A stretch of 64,000 nucleotides of DNA, taken from Octopus vulgaris. Lineage: Eukaryota. A program made the translations under genes and the position numbers. Where the stretch lies: contig OX597826.1 of NCBI GenBank assembly GCA_951406725.2, forward strand, positions 39,680,001 to 39,744,000. The letters run 5' to 3'. The notes below the pieces were generated by a model that saw only the letters and a program-made list of their open reading frames with translations, had not been told where the DNA came from and searched no databases. Below are positions 12,050 through 24,989 of the stretch, one piece after another (the stretch's first letter is position 1; each line of letters begins with the position of its first letter).

Positions 12050-12700
12050 GACGAAACTGTTAATTTACTGACAGTTCTACAACTAAGTTTTATCAATCTC
12101 CTGACCACCATGCTTGGTCCGTGACCTCTATACATCCCTTATCTTTACATTCTTTTACACTTTTATCATGTTTTTATCAGGTTCTTTTACTTCTTTTACT
12201 ATTATTTCCATTTCTATTTTTACTTTACAACCTTATGTCTTTACATTTATTTATATTTCTTTATATTTCTTTATACCCCCTTTACATCTCCTTACAACTC
12301 TTTATATCTTTATCCTCTACATTTTTATATTATTCTATACGTACATTTTTTATATATATTTTTTATCCCTCGTCCCGAACTCTCGCCCCTCCATCTTCAC
12401 CTCTATATACGTATTTATTTATTTACATTACCTCAACATCCAAGTTTCCTCATTCTACATTGAGAGAAGAAAGAGATGGACGCCTCAATTCTATGCTGCT
12501 GCCGCATTATGTCGTACGTGAACGAGAGGATTTGCATCCCCAACCAAGAATCTTTGATGTAACACATGTCCTTGTGGAAGCTGTTGTGCGCGGCTGAAGA
12601 AGGCCACAGACATACATTATGCTTTGTTATAAATCTGTCTAATAAAGGCCCGAAACATATGTACCGCTGAATCCTTCGCCTCATGTTTTTATTTTTATTT
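12050..12700 (+). mobile_element. Penelope-like pLTR
   Basis: A T/C-rich tract is followed by a canonical hammerhead and ends at a (TA)n run. Confidence 0.6.
12590..12667 (+). ncRNA. Type I hammerhead ribozyme
   Basis: GCGG-CTGAAGA-AGGCC-[41-nt insert]-GGCCC-GAAA-CATATG-TA-CCGC. Stem I GCGG/CCGC, stem II GGCC/GGCC, palindromic stem III ACATATGT, GUA cleavage triplet (cut after 12663). Confidence 0.8.
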
Positions 12701-12706
12701 TGATCA

Positions 12707-12763
<57 letters not shown>

Positions 12764-15223
12764 CATCTGTATATGTAAATACATCTGTATATGTAAATAC
12801 AGGCACCTAGATGTCTGCGCTTCTACATCTGCTTTTTTGGTATTATTTGAATACAGAAAAGAAAAACAGATGTGAACGTTGAATTCTGAAGTGTGTTATT
12901 GTGTATAAAGAATCTAACATTCTTTACGTAATGCTTCATTTATCATTTGTAGACGTTTATAATTAATTCTTAGTTTAGGAATACACGACCTAAGTAAATT
13001 GTCAACATTGCATGAGAAACACGCATCTTTCCTTCTCTTATCTATTTGCGTTCTTTTATTTCCTATTCAATTTGATTTCTTCATTTCCTTTGTTACAAAC
13101 TTGTATTTTTTATTGCAAAACCATTTTTCAAGGTATTCATTGAAAATCAGTTTTGAACGACTCAGTGTTTCAATCATCTTGCGGAGGATTGCAAGTTTAG
13201 TAATTAATGTATAAACGTGAGATAAGTAGAGTTTTATGAATAAAACGAAATAAAAATTTCAAAAACTTTGTCAGTCTTTTACTGTCTAAGTAAATATACA
13301 ATAGATTTTAGTTTAATATTGGTGCGGCTGTGATGGTGGTGGGAAGCAGTAAAAATGGCACAAGGGATATATGAACGATTGCTATACGCTGTTTAGTCCG
13401 TTCCATCTATGTTCAGAGTTCTTATACTACCAAAGTTGATAAAATGTATCTTTAAATTTCATTGATCACTAAAATACCTCAGCTACTTTTTCTGTCGTCT
13501 CTGTTTATCTCTGAATGAGTGTGTAATAAATGTACAGCACTGGCAACCACCTTATTTGCGTAACTATAGAAATAGTATAATTCACCCTGTTTTCTGACGA
13601 ACGGAAGATTTGGTTGGTTTTTCTAGCGTTCGAGTGACAAAGTACAAGCCTTCTTGTTCGTTTCTTAAACAATTGTTTATTTCATACCATGAAAATAATA
13701 TGCATTAAAAATTCTATTGGTTCTTAATCTCTTTAATATTAAAAAAAAATGAATACACTTAGTTTGAAAATTTAAAAAGACACAAGATAACTTCACATAT
13801 CGTAGGTTCTAACATACAACTAATTTCCTTAACTTCGTCTCATGTTCTCTCAGTGATGTCTAGATCTTTTAGATCTTACTGTAAAGCTATCGTGTAACGT
13901 TGGTTGTAATTTTCAAAATATTAAAGCAAAACTGTGGATTTTAGAATACACAGACACCCAAAAGCAAAGCAGCAATTAAATACTGTAATGCATTTAAATA
14001 GAAGGCCAATATTTACTGAAATTATCTTAGTCTTATACATACTAAATTCATACAGAATACCTGTAATATTTTAAGTCATGGATATATATAGGACGTCTAT
14101 AGGTAATTGATGAATTGTTATGATGATGATTCTGGTTCAGTCTGGTTCAGTCTAGACACTGAAGAAGGATGGTGTCACCGATGGCTTGTATAGTCGAAGT
14201 ATCATTCGGCATAATTCCATACACATGTAATCCACAATTACACGACACATTTTCTCCATATATTTCTCAATATATTTCTTCCATAGAAATTACTACTGTA
14301 TTAAATACTGCGTATTTGTTGAGTAATATAAAGTTTTAGGCCAATGAAATGGATGTGCTAATCCTCATCTTGAAATTCCTATTGTGAATCATCGTTATAT
14401 TTTTTTCGAAAATAGTTTGCTTAGATCTTAGTTCTTTGCGATTGATTAGATTTCTTGGATCTTAGCTTTTGGCCATTGCCGTCGCGAAATGTGCCAAGTT
14501 TTACCGTTTCAAACAACAACATGGATAATTTTTAAATAAACACCAATGTTAAACCTGAGGCAACAAAGAGGACGCAGTAGACACTAGATCTTCTAGTAAT
14601 AGTAACTGAACATCTCTAAAAATATATTTTAACAGCAAACCCTAAAACATGCGAGATATTGCTTCCTTGGTAAATCTATTATAAACCAAGACAAAATTGG
14701 GATGACCACAGCTGGAACTTCATTTCAATAAATCCGGCAAATGAGTCTATGTTGAAACTGAGAAAAATTAGATGTTATAACGTTGAAAATGTAGGAACAT
14801 GCCAATTCAAAACCGCAAACCATAAGATAACTTAAACGTACCCGAAATACAGAAAATGGAGTATAGCACAATTATCTTCGTACGATTGTTTCCAGCTTCC
14901 AAAGCAACATTTCAGGGCACCGTATGATAACAAAGAGAAGCAACAAGTATACAATACCCAAAAGCACATCCCACAAAAACCGTCAACTCTGATATTGTCA
15001 CTGAATCTATTTGGCTGCATCCATTATGACCCTCATCGAAGGTACACGAAAATATCGAACGGTTTTGTAAAAGATTTATATAATCAGACTGTGAAACTGC
15101 ATACTACGTATTGAACCATTATATAATAAAGTGAGCAGCATGATTGCATTTCTGTTGTTAGAGGCCGTATTTGTGAAACAATGGATGTTTGTAACTCACC
15201 AAGACTAGTCAGTAGGAACATAT

Positions 15224-15510
15224 TTTGTTGTTGTTTGTTCCTTCTCGAGCCATGCCTGGCTCATAAGGGCCGGTTTCCCGGTTTCTTGGCGTATAGGTCC
15301 ATCGCAGATGAGCTGCAAGATGCAGGAGGAAAGAGTGAGAGAAAGTTGTGGCGAAAGAGTCTGTAGAAGTTCGCCACTATCTTCTGCCGGAGCCGCGTGG
15401 AGCTTAGGTGCTTTCGCTCATAAACACACACATCGCCCGGTCTGAGATTCGAACCCGCGATCCCTCGACCGCGAGTCCGCTGCTCTAACCACTAGGCCAT
15501 GTGCCTCCAC
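15224..15510 (-). mobile_element. tRNA-derived SINE family C (head 1 + tail 2)
   Basis: Matches 40604-40887. TSD TCAGT(A/G)GGAACATAT at 15209-15223 and 15512-15526. Confidence 0.9.
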
Positions 15511-15599
15511 CTCAGTGGGAACATATGTCATAAATCGGCTCAAATACTTCTGAAAACTATACTAATCTGTACATAGTCGATAATAACTTTTATGAAAAT

Positions 15600-16560
15600 G
15601 TAACACTTATACTAGTTAAGTAAAACGAAGAAATTTCAAGAAGAGGAGTGTGAAGATAATTCAGTTTGTTTTGAAGCAGAATAGATGATCCTAGAGCAAA
15701 ACAAGGGCAGGGCAGATTTGGATTAAGTAACTTTTATAAAAGAATGTAAAATCACAAATGATATATATTTCCTCCATAACGACAACAATTTAAAAATAGA
15801 ATTGAAATCAAAGTCGCTTATCTCTCAACCTAAAGCGATCGACATACAATGCCGTAAGAAATACTGAAATGTAGTAATAATTTAAAATGTTATCAAATTT
15901 CTCAAACACAATCTCTATTGCATCCAGCTGTCTGTTATCGATTTAAAGTCAGATAAGTAAGGTGGAATAATCTCAAGATATTTTTCCTTGCGGCAATATC
16001 CTTTTCTGTTGAATAATAGCTCTAAAATATCTAGCTATTTACATCAATATTACTTAGTTTAGATGGATCGTAAATTAACAACAATCGTTTATAGATTGAA
16101 ACATTGTTTACACGTTAGAAGTTACCGTGCAGTCTCATCAAGATGAATCAACTCTCCTATGTTAAAAGACAACTCTAAAGGGGCCTTTGATAAAATGATT
16201 GTCCAGTTTGAAAGATATCTTAGACGTATGGAATCAGATGAGAACAAACAATAAGCTTATCTATATTAAGTCATGAAAATTTGGTACTGGGGTTCAATGC
16301 AGAAATAGAAATAGATATTACAAAAGAGGAAACTGTCTTCAGTCAAAACGAATTTATTCTTCTTCGCAAACAAATATGAAAATATTGTAAAGTTCCTATC
16401 ATTAGAGGAAACACTATTAGAAATGTGAAATCAACTGAAATCAACTGAACAAAATTTTTTCATAGTTTTGCCATGTTTTCTAAAACTAGAAGCACTTTTT
16501 GAAGAAGTCAGTTTCTACATTTCATATGGAAGAGTCTATCATGAGTAATTTGGATAAAAT
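15600..16560 (+). mobile_element. Possible highly decayed hAT (Charlie/Buster-like) transposase remnant
   Basis: Only faint motif echoes (FSxxLDES-like near 16000, PFxSTYLCE-like near 16510) and no open frame. Confidence 0.25.
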
Positions 16561-17840
16561 TTAAATTTTGAACCAGCATTACTCGAGATTTCGTACCCTT
16601 ACGACTGAAAAGCAACTGTAGAAACAGATGACGGGACTGGGACTAAATTTACATAAGATCACATCCTACAATCTTTAAAATTGAATCTCATAAGGGATAG
16701 TGTACTACTTGATTCATTGTCTGAAAATATGGTGGGACGACCACGACAGGAATAAAATTGAACAGAATAATAGTCCTATTTAGTTAATGCTAAGACAACT
16801 GAAGTATGTGTAAACTAGTTTAAAACTTAAATTATAGAGAAGACAATAAAACTGAAGATATCTACCGATTCATCTTACCAATGCATCTGATTTGGAAACG
16901 TAAAACAATTAACTCTGTTATTTATATTACATTATATAAAATTGGATTTATAAACGATTTTTTTTTTATATTGAAACTTTGATCATATTATATTACTCTC
17001 TTTTATACAGATTTCAGCCATTTGGTTGTGACCAGACGAAGACAAGAAAATGAAGTCTTGTGCTGCCGAATTTGTGTACGGAAGTGATGTAAGAAGAGAG
17101 GGACTGATTTAAATCTAGGAAGAACACTTTGTTTGGAACTTACTACTTCCCCCTCAGGCTGTCTATTCTATATCATTCTCTTATCGTATCAGTTTCCTTG
17201 ACTAATTAAGAAATTGGATCAATAATCCGATTTATCTCATATGACCGACACTAATTACGTATTTTGTCGAGGGTTTTTAAATATTTGAATTCTTGCCAAT
17301 TTATCGAATCTTCCGTGGCAGCTGTTTACTGATTCATAAACTCACAGTGGACATCTGCAAGTAACGTTATATCATCGACCTTACCAACAAGAGACTCGGA
17401 TACGATATGATGCATAAATCTATGACTATCTCAAGCGAAAAGAATTTAATCAGTGACTTATCCATGAATATTTTAGGAAATTAAATGTTAGAACAGTTAA
17501 CTTGTTTGGAGGCATTCGGGACAGATGTCAGGATATTCTATAAGTAAAACGAATGATATCGTTGTAATGATAGTTACGTCTCTTGAGAGAAAATATTATA
17601 ATTGGCTCATATTCGCATTTCAAATCGCTTTAAAATTTATTAACATTTCAGCAGTGAAGTGTAGGAAATAGCATTTGACTTCCTGCATTTGGCTTTCTAA
17701 CTTACAGGGTCAATTAAATAATTCTTGGTCAAACACCGAGTTTGACAGAACAAATTATAAGGTTTCCACCAAATGTAGTTTCATGCCAGGTGACGAGGAA
17801 TGGAAAAAATGATAGGCTGCCGGAAACTACAGAGTACAAA

Positions 17841-17908
17841 ATTATATACGTCGTATAACTGCATTATATACATCGTATAACTGCATTATATACATCGTAT
17901 AACTGCAT
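17841..17908. repeat. 22-bp tandem repeat x3
   Basis: ATTATATAC(A/G)TCGTATAACTGC occurs three times head-to-tail. Confidence 0.9.
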
Positions 17909-19766
17909 CTCGTGATTTCCTAATCTGGCAGGATGAAATCCACTCACTCCATTCTGATGCAGAATTTGTTATGCTTAGCCTATCTACTATACACTTTCCA
18001 AATCAGAAGTATATCACACTAGACTGTATGCCATTTAAAAAGCATTTTAAATTTAAATCGCGCCGGAACTATGAAAAAAATAAATAATCAATAAAATGAT
18101 TTATAAAAAAATTCTGAGAACTGACTACAACTGTAATAGTTTCAGCCACACCATTTATTCTCTTGGGAAATCTATAATCACGAAAATATCTTATTTCTCT
18201 CCATTATGAATGTGAGGATTTAATCTTTTATTATTTTTTTATTATTTTACTTGTTTCAGTTATTTGACTGCGGCCGCACTGGATTACCGCAATCAACAAA
18301 TTTAATACTTATTTTTGTTTTCTTGTTATAAAATTAGTGGAATATCCCAAATGTTGCAATCCACAATGTGATATCAATCAATAGTTAAAACTGATAAGCA
18401 CAAGGCATTTCTATTAGTGAGCAAACGATCAAATTAAGTCGACAACGCTATGCTATTCTCAAATAAACTTCATTTTGTTTTCACTATTAATACACTTGAC
18501 AAAAGCGTGAATATCACGAATTCCATTTCATGCGTGTCCTGCTGTTTAATGACATTATTCCTTGACCACTACAATCAGTTTCACACACATTAAGTATAAG
18601 AGAAATTTCTCTTCCGCGACAGTTACTGCGGTGAAAGCATTCCCACGTTTGAGTGTGCACCAGCGTGTTAAATTTAACTGTACACATCTTTATTTTAATC
18701 GTTGCTGTTTGGTGTGATTTTAATCAATTGGTATTTTGTTATTTAAATGTCAGTAATGCGATCGATGTAATCGACCAGCCCATTCCAAATGTCTGTCCTT
18801 GTGCTTATCATAAAAAATATTCTAGTAGACTGAAATAAGAAAAGGAAAAATCCAATTCATGTGATCTAATAAATGCACATCCTGCTATTTCTGGGAGGCG
18901 GCTAAGTTTTGATATTGTTGATTTATTGGAGGCAGTGATGTTGGCATAACGACCATGATAATGTAGATATAAGTTATAAAATGATTTATATTTGAATGAG
19001 AAGACAAATACATGTATTGCAAGTTTGCAAAAGTTGAAAAGTAAAAATGCATTTTAGGCACATGCCAAACTGCATTAGAAACAAAAGTGAAGAGATTTAT
19101 TGTAGTGAAGAAAAAAACAACAATTCTTTAGTTGAAAAGAGCAATAGCACAATGAGAAGTTTCATTTTGGTAGGTGAGACAAATCCATGAAACAACATAA
19201 ATAGACCAAGTGTAAATATAATACTGAAATACCGACACATAAATGCAAGAACAGCTATTTCAACTAGATGAAAGGACAACAAAACTATGAAATTGCATTT
19301 GGAAAATCAAATTAACCAATTTTTTTCTTAACTGGAAAATACAATACTTATACAAACAGAATAAGATGCTTCTAAAATTATCCGAAACAATCTGAAATGA
19401 CAAATTGATAAATACAGATATTTCACGAAATTTCTTTCATAAGAGTGGAAAAATACCCGATATACGAAGAGATTATAGTGAATGTACAACTACACTGACA
19501 CGTAATACGCTGGCACATAATTTTGCTCTACAGTCAACCTTACTGACTTACAAAGTTACATGTCTACAGGAGATAATTGAGCTGATGTTACATCATTTTA
19601 TATCCTAGCAATTGTGCACATGCCTAACCGGAAGTAGTCATCGTATGAACTCAAAACGGAGAAATCCCCTATTCAGAAATTGCAGTATGGAAACTTCAAT
19701 AGACATAAAAGTTAGTTGTAGATCAGTAATCATTTGCATTTATCATAAAATTATATATATATATAA

Positions 19767-20165
19767 TGGCTGTGTGTTAAGTAGCTTGCTAACCAACCAC
19801 ATGGTTCCGGGTTCAGTCCCACTGCGTGGTATCTTGGGCAAGTGTCTTCTGCTATAGCCCCGGGCCGACCAATGCTTTGTGAGTGGATTTGGTAGACGGA
19901 AACTGAAAGAAGCCTGTCGTATATATGTATATATATATAAGTGTGTATGTATATGTTTGTGTGTCTGTGTTTGTCCCCCTAGCATTGCTTGACAACCGAT
20001 GCTGGTGTGTTTATGTCCCCGTCACTTAGCGGTTCGGCAAAAGAGACCGATAGAATAAGTACTGGGCTAACAAAGAATAAGTCCCGGGGTCGATTTGCTC
20101 GACTAAAGACGGTGCTCCAGCATGGCCGCAGTCAAATGACTGAAACAAGTAAAAGAGTAAAAGAG
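19767..20165 (+). mobile_element. SINE family A, full length
   Basis: tRNA-like head TGGCTGTGTGTTAAG...GGTTCAGTCCC, internal TA/TG microsatellite and (AAAGAGT) tail. Further fragments at about 802, 18240, 36685, 40025, 41838, 45655, 59783 and 63810. Confidence 0.9.
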
Positions 20166-22379
20166 AGAGAGAGAGTATATATATATATATCAGGTCCAAA
20201 AATGAAGAAAAAAACTAGGTGAAAGAACCACAGAGTATATTAGATGGACGACCACGAAAAATGTAGGAAGTTTTTAATGTTTCGAGCCTACCATCTTCTA
20301 CAGAAAGAATCGATGAGTAAAGAGAAACGATGGTGAAAAAGTCTGTAAGTTAAAAGGTCAAGGTATGCCGAAGGTCAAGGCAAGCTGAAACGACCGAAAA
20401 TAGGAAGAAGTTGACTTGAGGCGTGGTATATTGACGCCATAAGAATGTATAAGTGTTCCAAAAAACGAGAAATTATTATTTTCTGAAATAATGGATCTCA
20501 AAGCATATAAAGCTATAAAATAATACCTTATATAGCATGTAAAAGTAATAATAACATATAAGTATTGGGGTGAACAACCCTTTTGGATAAAAAAAGTCGA
20601 ACAATTCGAGTTTTATTTTGGTATTTAGTAACTTATTTATTGTGTGATAGGAAAGCATTCAAAAGCAGAAAGTTAATGAATACAACTGGAAAGAACTATA
20701 TAACTTTAATTACATACTGGATTGTAGAAATATTAAATTTTATGTGATTGAATGGAAAATGCATATCTTACTATGGAAGTAGTTTATGGAAAAGCTGGAA
20801 ACAAGAAAAACATGAAATTAGAGGTGAAATAATGTAAAAGAAGTGACTAATATAACGGTTATTGGTGTAATTAAATTTATATCGATTATTAACATTTTCT
20901 CGATGCAGGAGGAAATTAATATTTATGGTAAAATTTAAGAGAATTTTTATAGAAATGCAAAATTGAAGTTATCGGTACTACCCAAGAATATCATCCTTAC
21001 GTCGCTATCCTATAATATTCCACTCCCCTTAAAACTTTTTGTCTCCAGTTTTCTGATATTCTAATTACATTAAACTCCAAACAAATCATTTTATAAAAGT
21101 GTATCTAGTAAAATCATAACTTGCACCTAATTTTCATTTCTACATTTTCGCTAAATGAATCGACGCATCTATTACTCACATATAAATGATTTATTCTTTT
21201 CTCTTATTGCTTTGAAAAGTTTTCCAACGGGAATTTTAGGTAATTAACGTATTCAATTATAATAATACATTACGGTTTGATATACCTTAACTTGATAATT
21301 AATTAAGTTAAAGTATATATTTCTGGCGAACACAGACACACATGCATACCCAAGCGTTTTAATTTGTGTTATTTCTTCCATAATTTAATCATTATTCAGC
21401 AGAATCAGTAATGTGTCGAATAGATTGTTTCGTGGTATTCGTTCCGACTTTCTACAGTTTGAGTAACAGTAACAGCTACTGTGAAAATTAACAGCCGCTC
21501 CTTAATACCAACATTCTTGAAAGAACAAAAGACAACGGCTACTGCTAAAACTGTCACTGCTACTGCTGCTGCTGCTGCTGCTACTACTACTACTACTACT
21601 ACTACCCATAAACCATCAGAAGTTAACTACAATCCAGCACCATGCGAATTTTGAAAAATAAATGTGAACTTCCATAAGTGAGGAAGATTAATTTAATTTC
21701 ATTGTCTTTCAGCATGAATAGTTTCGCTCTCTTGTCCATAATAAAATTCTCAGCTTTTCCTTCTGATTAATAATCATTCACACACACACACACACACACA
21801 TCAAATACACACATATCAAATACACGTGAGAGTGAATTTCAATATATTACGACAGGATTGAAATTTAGCTCACAATGCAGATAAGGGCAAGTGTCTTACA
21901 CTTTTGGAAATATGTCACCTTTGCTTCGCCCGTCTCTTCACTCAGGACAACTTCAGCTTCTGTAAACTTGAATATACAAAATTACTCGTAAGCATCGCCG
22001 GCTTCAACTGAACTCTGAAGAGGAGATCCGTGGCTGTTTCACCAATAGACTATTATTTCGAGTTTCAGTGTGTTCACCTCTCATTTTTGCAATGATTTTC
22101 TTTCACTTTTAGATTATTCAAAATCTCCATTAGAATGCTTTTGAAAAATTGGCATACCTTGATATTCATACATTCCATCTCATACGGGAGGAACGATGGT
22201 CAGTCGATGGGGTATTGTAGGGGCAATAAGCATAGTAGTGCTACCACAGTAATTATAAACTCTTACACTAGAAGGGTGATTGAAGAATTTTTTTTTAAAT
22301 TGTAAAAACTTTTGTGAATATGTTAAAATCAAAGTAGTTGGTATTATTGTTCGAGTGTTACTGACACAATGGGATAATA

Positions 22380-22610
22380 ATCCTTTCGACAATAGGCACA
22401 AAGCCTGAAATGTTGGGGTGGGGGAGGGAGGGTCAGGGGACTAGTCAATTACATCGACTCAGTGTTTCACTGGTACATAATTTATCCACCTCCAAAAGGA
22501 TGAACGGCAAAGACAACCTCCTCGGAATTTAAACTCAGAACGTGAAAACGGGCGAAATGCCGCTAAGCATTTTGCCCAGCATGCTAATGGGTCTTCCAAC
22601 TCACCGCCTT
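22380..22610 (-). mobile_element. SINE family D
   Basis: Reverse complement of the family D head and core. Confidence 0.8.
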
Positions 22611-22687
22611 ACACGATAAGATAATAATGCTATTTGTCACCAGTAATATACATCATATTATTTATTAATGCTTATTTGTGAGTACAG

Positions 22688-22718
<31 letters not shown>

Positions 22719-22740
22719 TATATTGTAGGATACAAATGTG

Positions 22741-23060
22741 AGGGCGCGTGGCTTAGTGGTTAGGGCATTCGGCTCATGATCGTAAGGTTGTGAGTTCGAT
22801 TCCCGGCGACGCGTTGTGTCCTTGAGCAAGACACTTTATTTCACGTTGCTCCAGTTCACTCAGCTGGCAAAAATGAGTTGTACTTGTATTTCAAAGGGTC
22901 AGCCTTGTCACTCTCTGTGTCACGCTGATTATCCCAGAGAACTACGTTAAGGGTACACGTGTCTGTGGAATGCTCAGCCATTTGCACGTTAATTTCACGA
23001 GCAAGCTGTTCCGTTGATCGTATCAGCTGGGACCCTCGTCGTCGTAACCGGCGGAGTCTT
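22741..23060 (+). mobile_element. tRNA-derived SINE (head 2 + tail 1)
   Basis: A-box TGGCTTAGTGG, B-box GTTCGATTCC and TGTCCTTGAGCAAGACACT body, then the same 3' ~180 bp as 4456-4838. Confidence 0.88.
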
Positions 23061-23324
23061 TTTTAGGATACAAATAAGATGATTATTTTCGAACGCGGAG
23101 ACGACGTTAGAACAGCTGAAAAAAGTTGGGTAATTACTTTTACAAAGGGAGAATATATATATATATATATATATACACACTGGCGAAAATAAATTTAAGA
23201 CCGATGATAAAAGTTATATTGCTTACAAAATATTTTGTTACTAACACCATGCAAATTATTTTTATCTTTTACACCTTATGCAGAATTTATTTCTCTTTCG
23301 AATGATGCAGACAATAACTATATA

Positions 23325-23355
<31 letters not shown>

Positions 23356-23973
23356 GCATGAACTTAAAAGATATGGCCGGTCAAATACTGACCATCGGTT
23401 TCACATCTATAAAGCGCTTAGCAGTATAGGCGACTCGTCAGAATCAAATGGCTGATATCAGAATTATTATTCTGCTTATCAGCATTTGTTTTCAAATGTT
23501 AGGCATTAAATAAGAGTCTAAATATTTGACGTAATGAAATAATATAATGGGATTTACAAGTACAACTTATATGACCGTAGTGTCATCCACGAAGCCCTCT
23601 TTGTGCAATATTATTACACATATCATGTTTTATAGTCATATATATTTTATAATACTCTGCAGCGTTATATTATCATACCACGTCATATACAGTTTTACAC
23701 CGCTGTATATATTTGACGTTTAATATTTGTTCAATATAATATCGTTCCATAACCAATGAAATTCAAGCAAATATCTTTGGATTCAAAATTATCAGGTCAT
23801 TAAAAATTAAGTGTCTGATTTTCTTATGCACCAAGTTTGACAGTTGTTAACTCTAATGTTTTATCCTGACAATTCTTTGTTTTACATCATTGAAAAGTTA
23901 CATCATTACTTTTCTAAATACAATTCATGATATCTGATTATATTGTGTGTACTCTCTTGTAAATCCGTTTTTG

Positions 23974-24608
23974 TTAACCCATGGATAGATTAAAAGTTCG
24001 TGTTATTTTTATGAATATGCGTTCTGTTGTGGAACCAATGCATCTCAGACAGCTCGAAACATCAGTGAGTTGGTGAAGATTTTGATATGTATATTATGGT
24101 ATAACAAATATACCTGTAAAATTTTCCCTGTATTAGATAGATACTTTCCAGCATCTACCGAATAGAGCCAGATTTTCATTTGACACACATTGAAGTTTGC
24201 GCATTCGACAACTAGGAACCGACCCCAAATTACAGCAGCACACAATTTTAAGAGAATTAGAGAAATCACCAGTAGGTATCTAGTAAACTCAAATGATAAA
24301 ACTAACATAAATAGCAATAATATTTGGTAATAATAATTGTTCGGATGAAGTCGATTATAATATAAATGATTCTAGTGGGAAAATTAACATCTTTTTTGCA
24401 AGCATTAATAGTGAAAACAATAGAGAATCTACGAAAGATAATGCACGGTTGCTAACGTTGACCAAATTACACTTATATTAATGAAATGAAACGAGTAAGG
24501 AATCCTGTAACATACTTAATTTAATCTATAGCGAAACTGATAGTATCCGTAGAGTGATACTAAAGACGGAGTGCATAATAATTCTGACAGTAGAAAGCAA
24601 AGGGTTAA
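23974..24608 (-). mobile_element. Possible piggyBac remnant
   Basis: TTAACCC...GGGTTAA ends. Minus-strand MKIWLYSVDAGKYLSN...LQVY resembles the piggyBac KIWxxxDxxxxY motif. TIR identity beyond CCC is not evident. Confidence 0.35.
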
Positions 24609-24689
24609 CATTTATAAGCATTATTGTAATTGTAAGATGTACAAAAAAAATTGTTTATTGATATACTGTAACAGTTGATATTTCTAATC

Positions 24690-24988
24690 ATTGTATAGCG
24701 TCATGTTCTCCAACACATTCGTCGCGGTGGTACGGCTTCCAGCCGCCGAAGCATAGCTCACGGCATGGGCTCGTACTGGTTCGCTATTCATTTTTTACAA
24801 GTCTCTTCGCCTCTAAATGAAGAAAGAAAAGTAACAAATTCACAAGCCCGCAGGGAAAATGGCAACAGTCTTCAGCAAAATTCAGCAATAGGCACCAAGC
24901 CTTCGAGAATCAGATAAACAAGAGTACTCGACAGAATCACAAGGATTTAAACAAAATCGATTAACGCCTGCTCTACTGCCCAAACGCT
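24690..24988 (-). mobile_element. 5' UTR and ORF1 start of a Tx1/L1-like LINE
   Basis: ATG at 24791 gives MNSEPVRAHAVSYASAAGSRTT. SYASAA is typical of L1/Tx1 ORF1 N-termini. Truncated. Confidence 0.5.
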
Positions 24989-24989
24989 C

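Noticed and set aside
17841-17908. Regularly spaced repeats (also 39640-39860 and 42232-42303) as a possible CRISPR array
   Set aside because: Head-to-tail tandem units or (TA)n spacers, with no unique spacers, no cas genes and a eukaryotic context.
22010-22075. CTGAAGA boxes here and at about 14158 and 47394 as hammerheads
   Set aside because: The GAAA box or the stems are missing or broken; at most decayed pLTR remnants.
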